A stretch of DNA of 64,000 nucleotides, from contig CM102287.1 of assembly GCA_046563655.1 (NCBI GenBank), forward strand, positions 1,550,001 to 1,614,000, written 5' to 3'. Shown piece after piece: positions 63,915-64,000 of this stretch. A program made the translations under genes and the position numbers. This stretch comes from Yuukianura sp. NJ FZ-2021 (lineage: Eukaryota). The notes under the pieces are model-generated. The model had not been told where the DNA came from, searched no databases, and saw only the letters and a program-made list of their open reading frames with translations. Numbering within the stretch: the stretch's first letter is position 1; every line of letters begins with the position of its first letter.

Positions 63915-64000
63915 CAAGGTAAATAGAATACTTATAGGTACGGTCGTTGAAAATTGTTTGTTCAAAACTGAGTTGCTATGGGATTTCTTTGACTCCGAGT
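63915..64000. mobile_element. MITE-like insert, copy 6 (truncated by window end)
   Basis: GCCCAGAAT|CAAGGTAAATAGAATAC... start, as in the other copies. Confidence 0.7.

Larger units (their letters stand above)
51814..64000. repeat. Continuation of the 128-bp satellite array
   Basis: Same monomer and orientation; resumes in register after the TSD. Confidence 0.98.

Overview
Eukaryotic, probably animal (invertebrate-like), heterochromatic or centromere-like window. About 52 kb is one AT-rich satellite array with a 128-bp base monomer, 125- and 148-bp length variants, and higher-order repeats that change along the array. Four kinds of mobile element interrupt it. (1) The 3' end of an LTR-like element at 1-757. 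(2) A 5'-truncated L2/CR1-group LINE with a poly(A) tail at 942-1598. (3) A ~282-bp MITE-like insert that landed once and was then amplified with the satellite into 6 copies. (4) A full-length, apparently intact Ty3/gypsy retrotransposon at 42443-51813, with a 4-bp ACTT TSD, ~1.37-kb LTRs, a tRNA-Pro-like PBS, gag and a -1 frameshifted pol. The most unusual feature is in the gypsy element. Pol continues about 350 codons past the normal integrase end, and that extension is overprinted in another frame by a ~440-aa basic, Pro-rich, non-env ORF3 that has a splice-acceptor-like site just upstream. Internal evidence suggests both frames are under selection, making this a candidate satellite/centromere-targeting or anti-silencing module. 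The two LTRs are also more diverged than the apparent youth of the insertion predicts. No host genes, RNA genes or CRISPR arrays were found.
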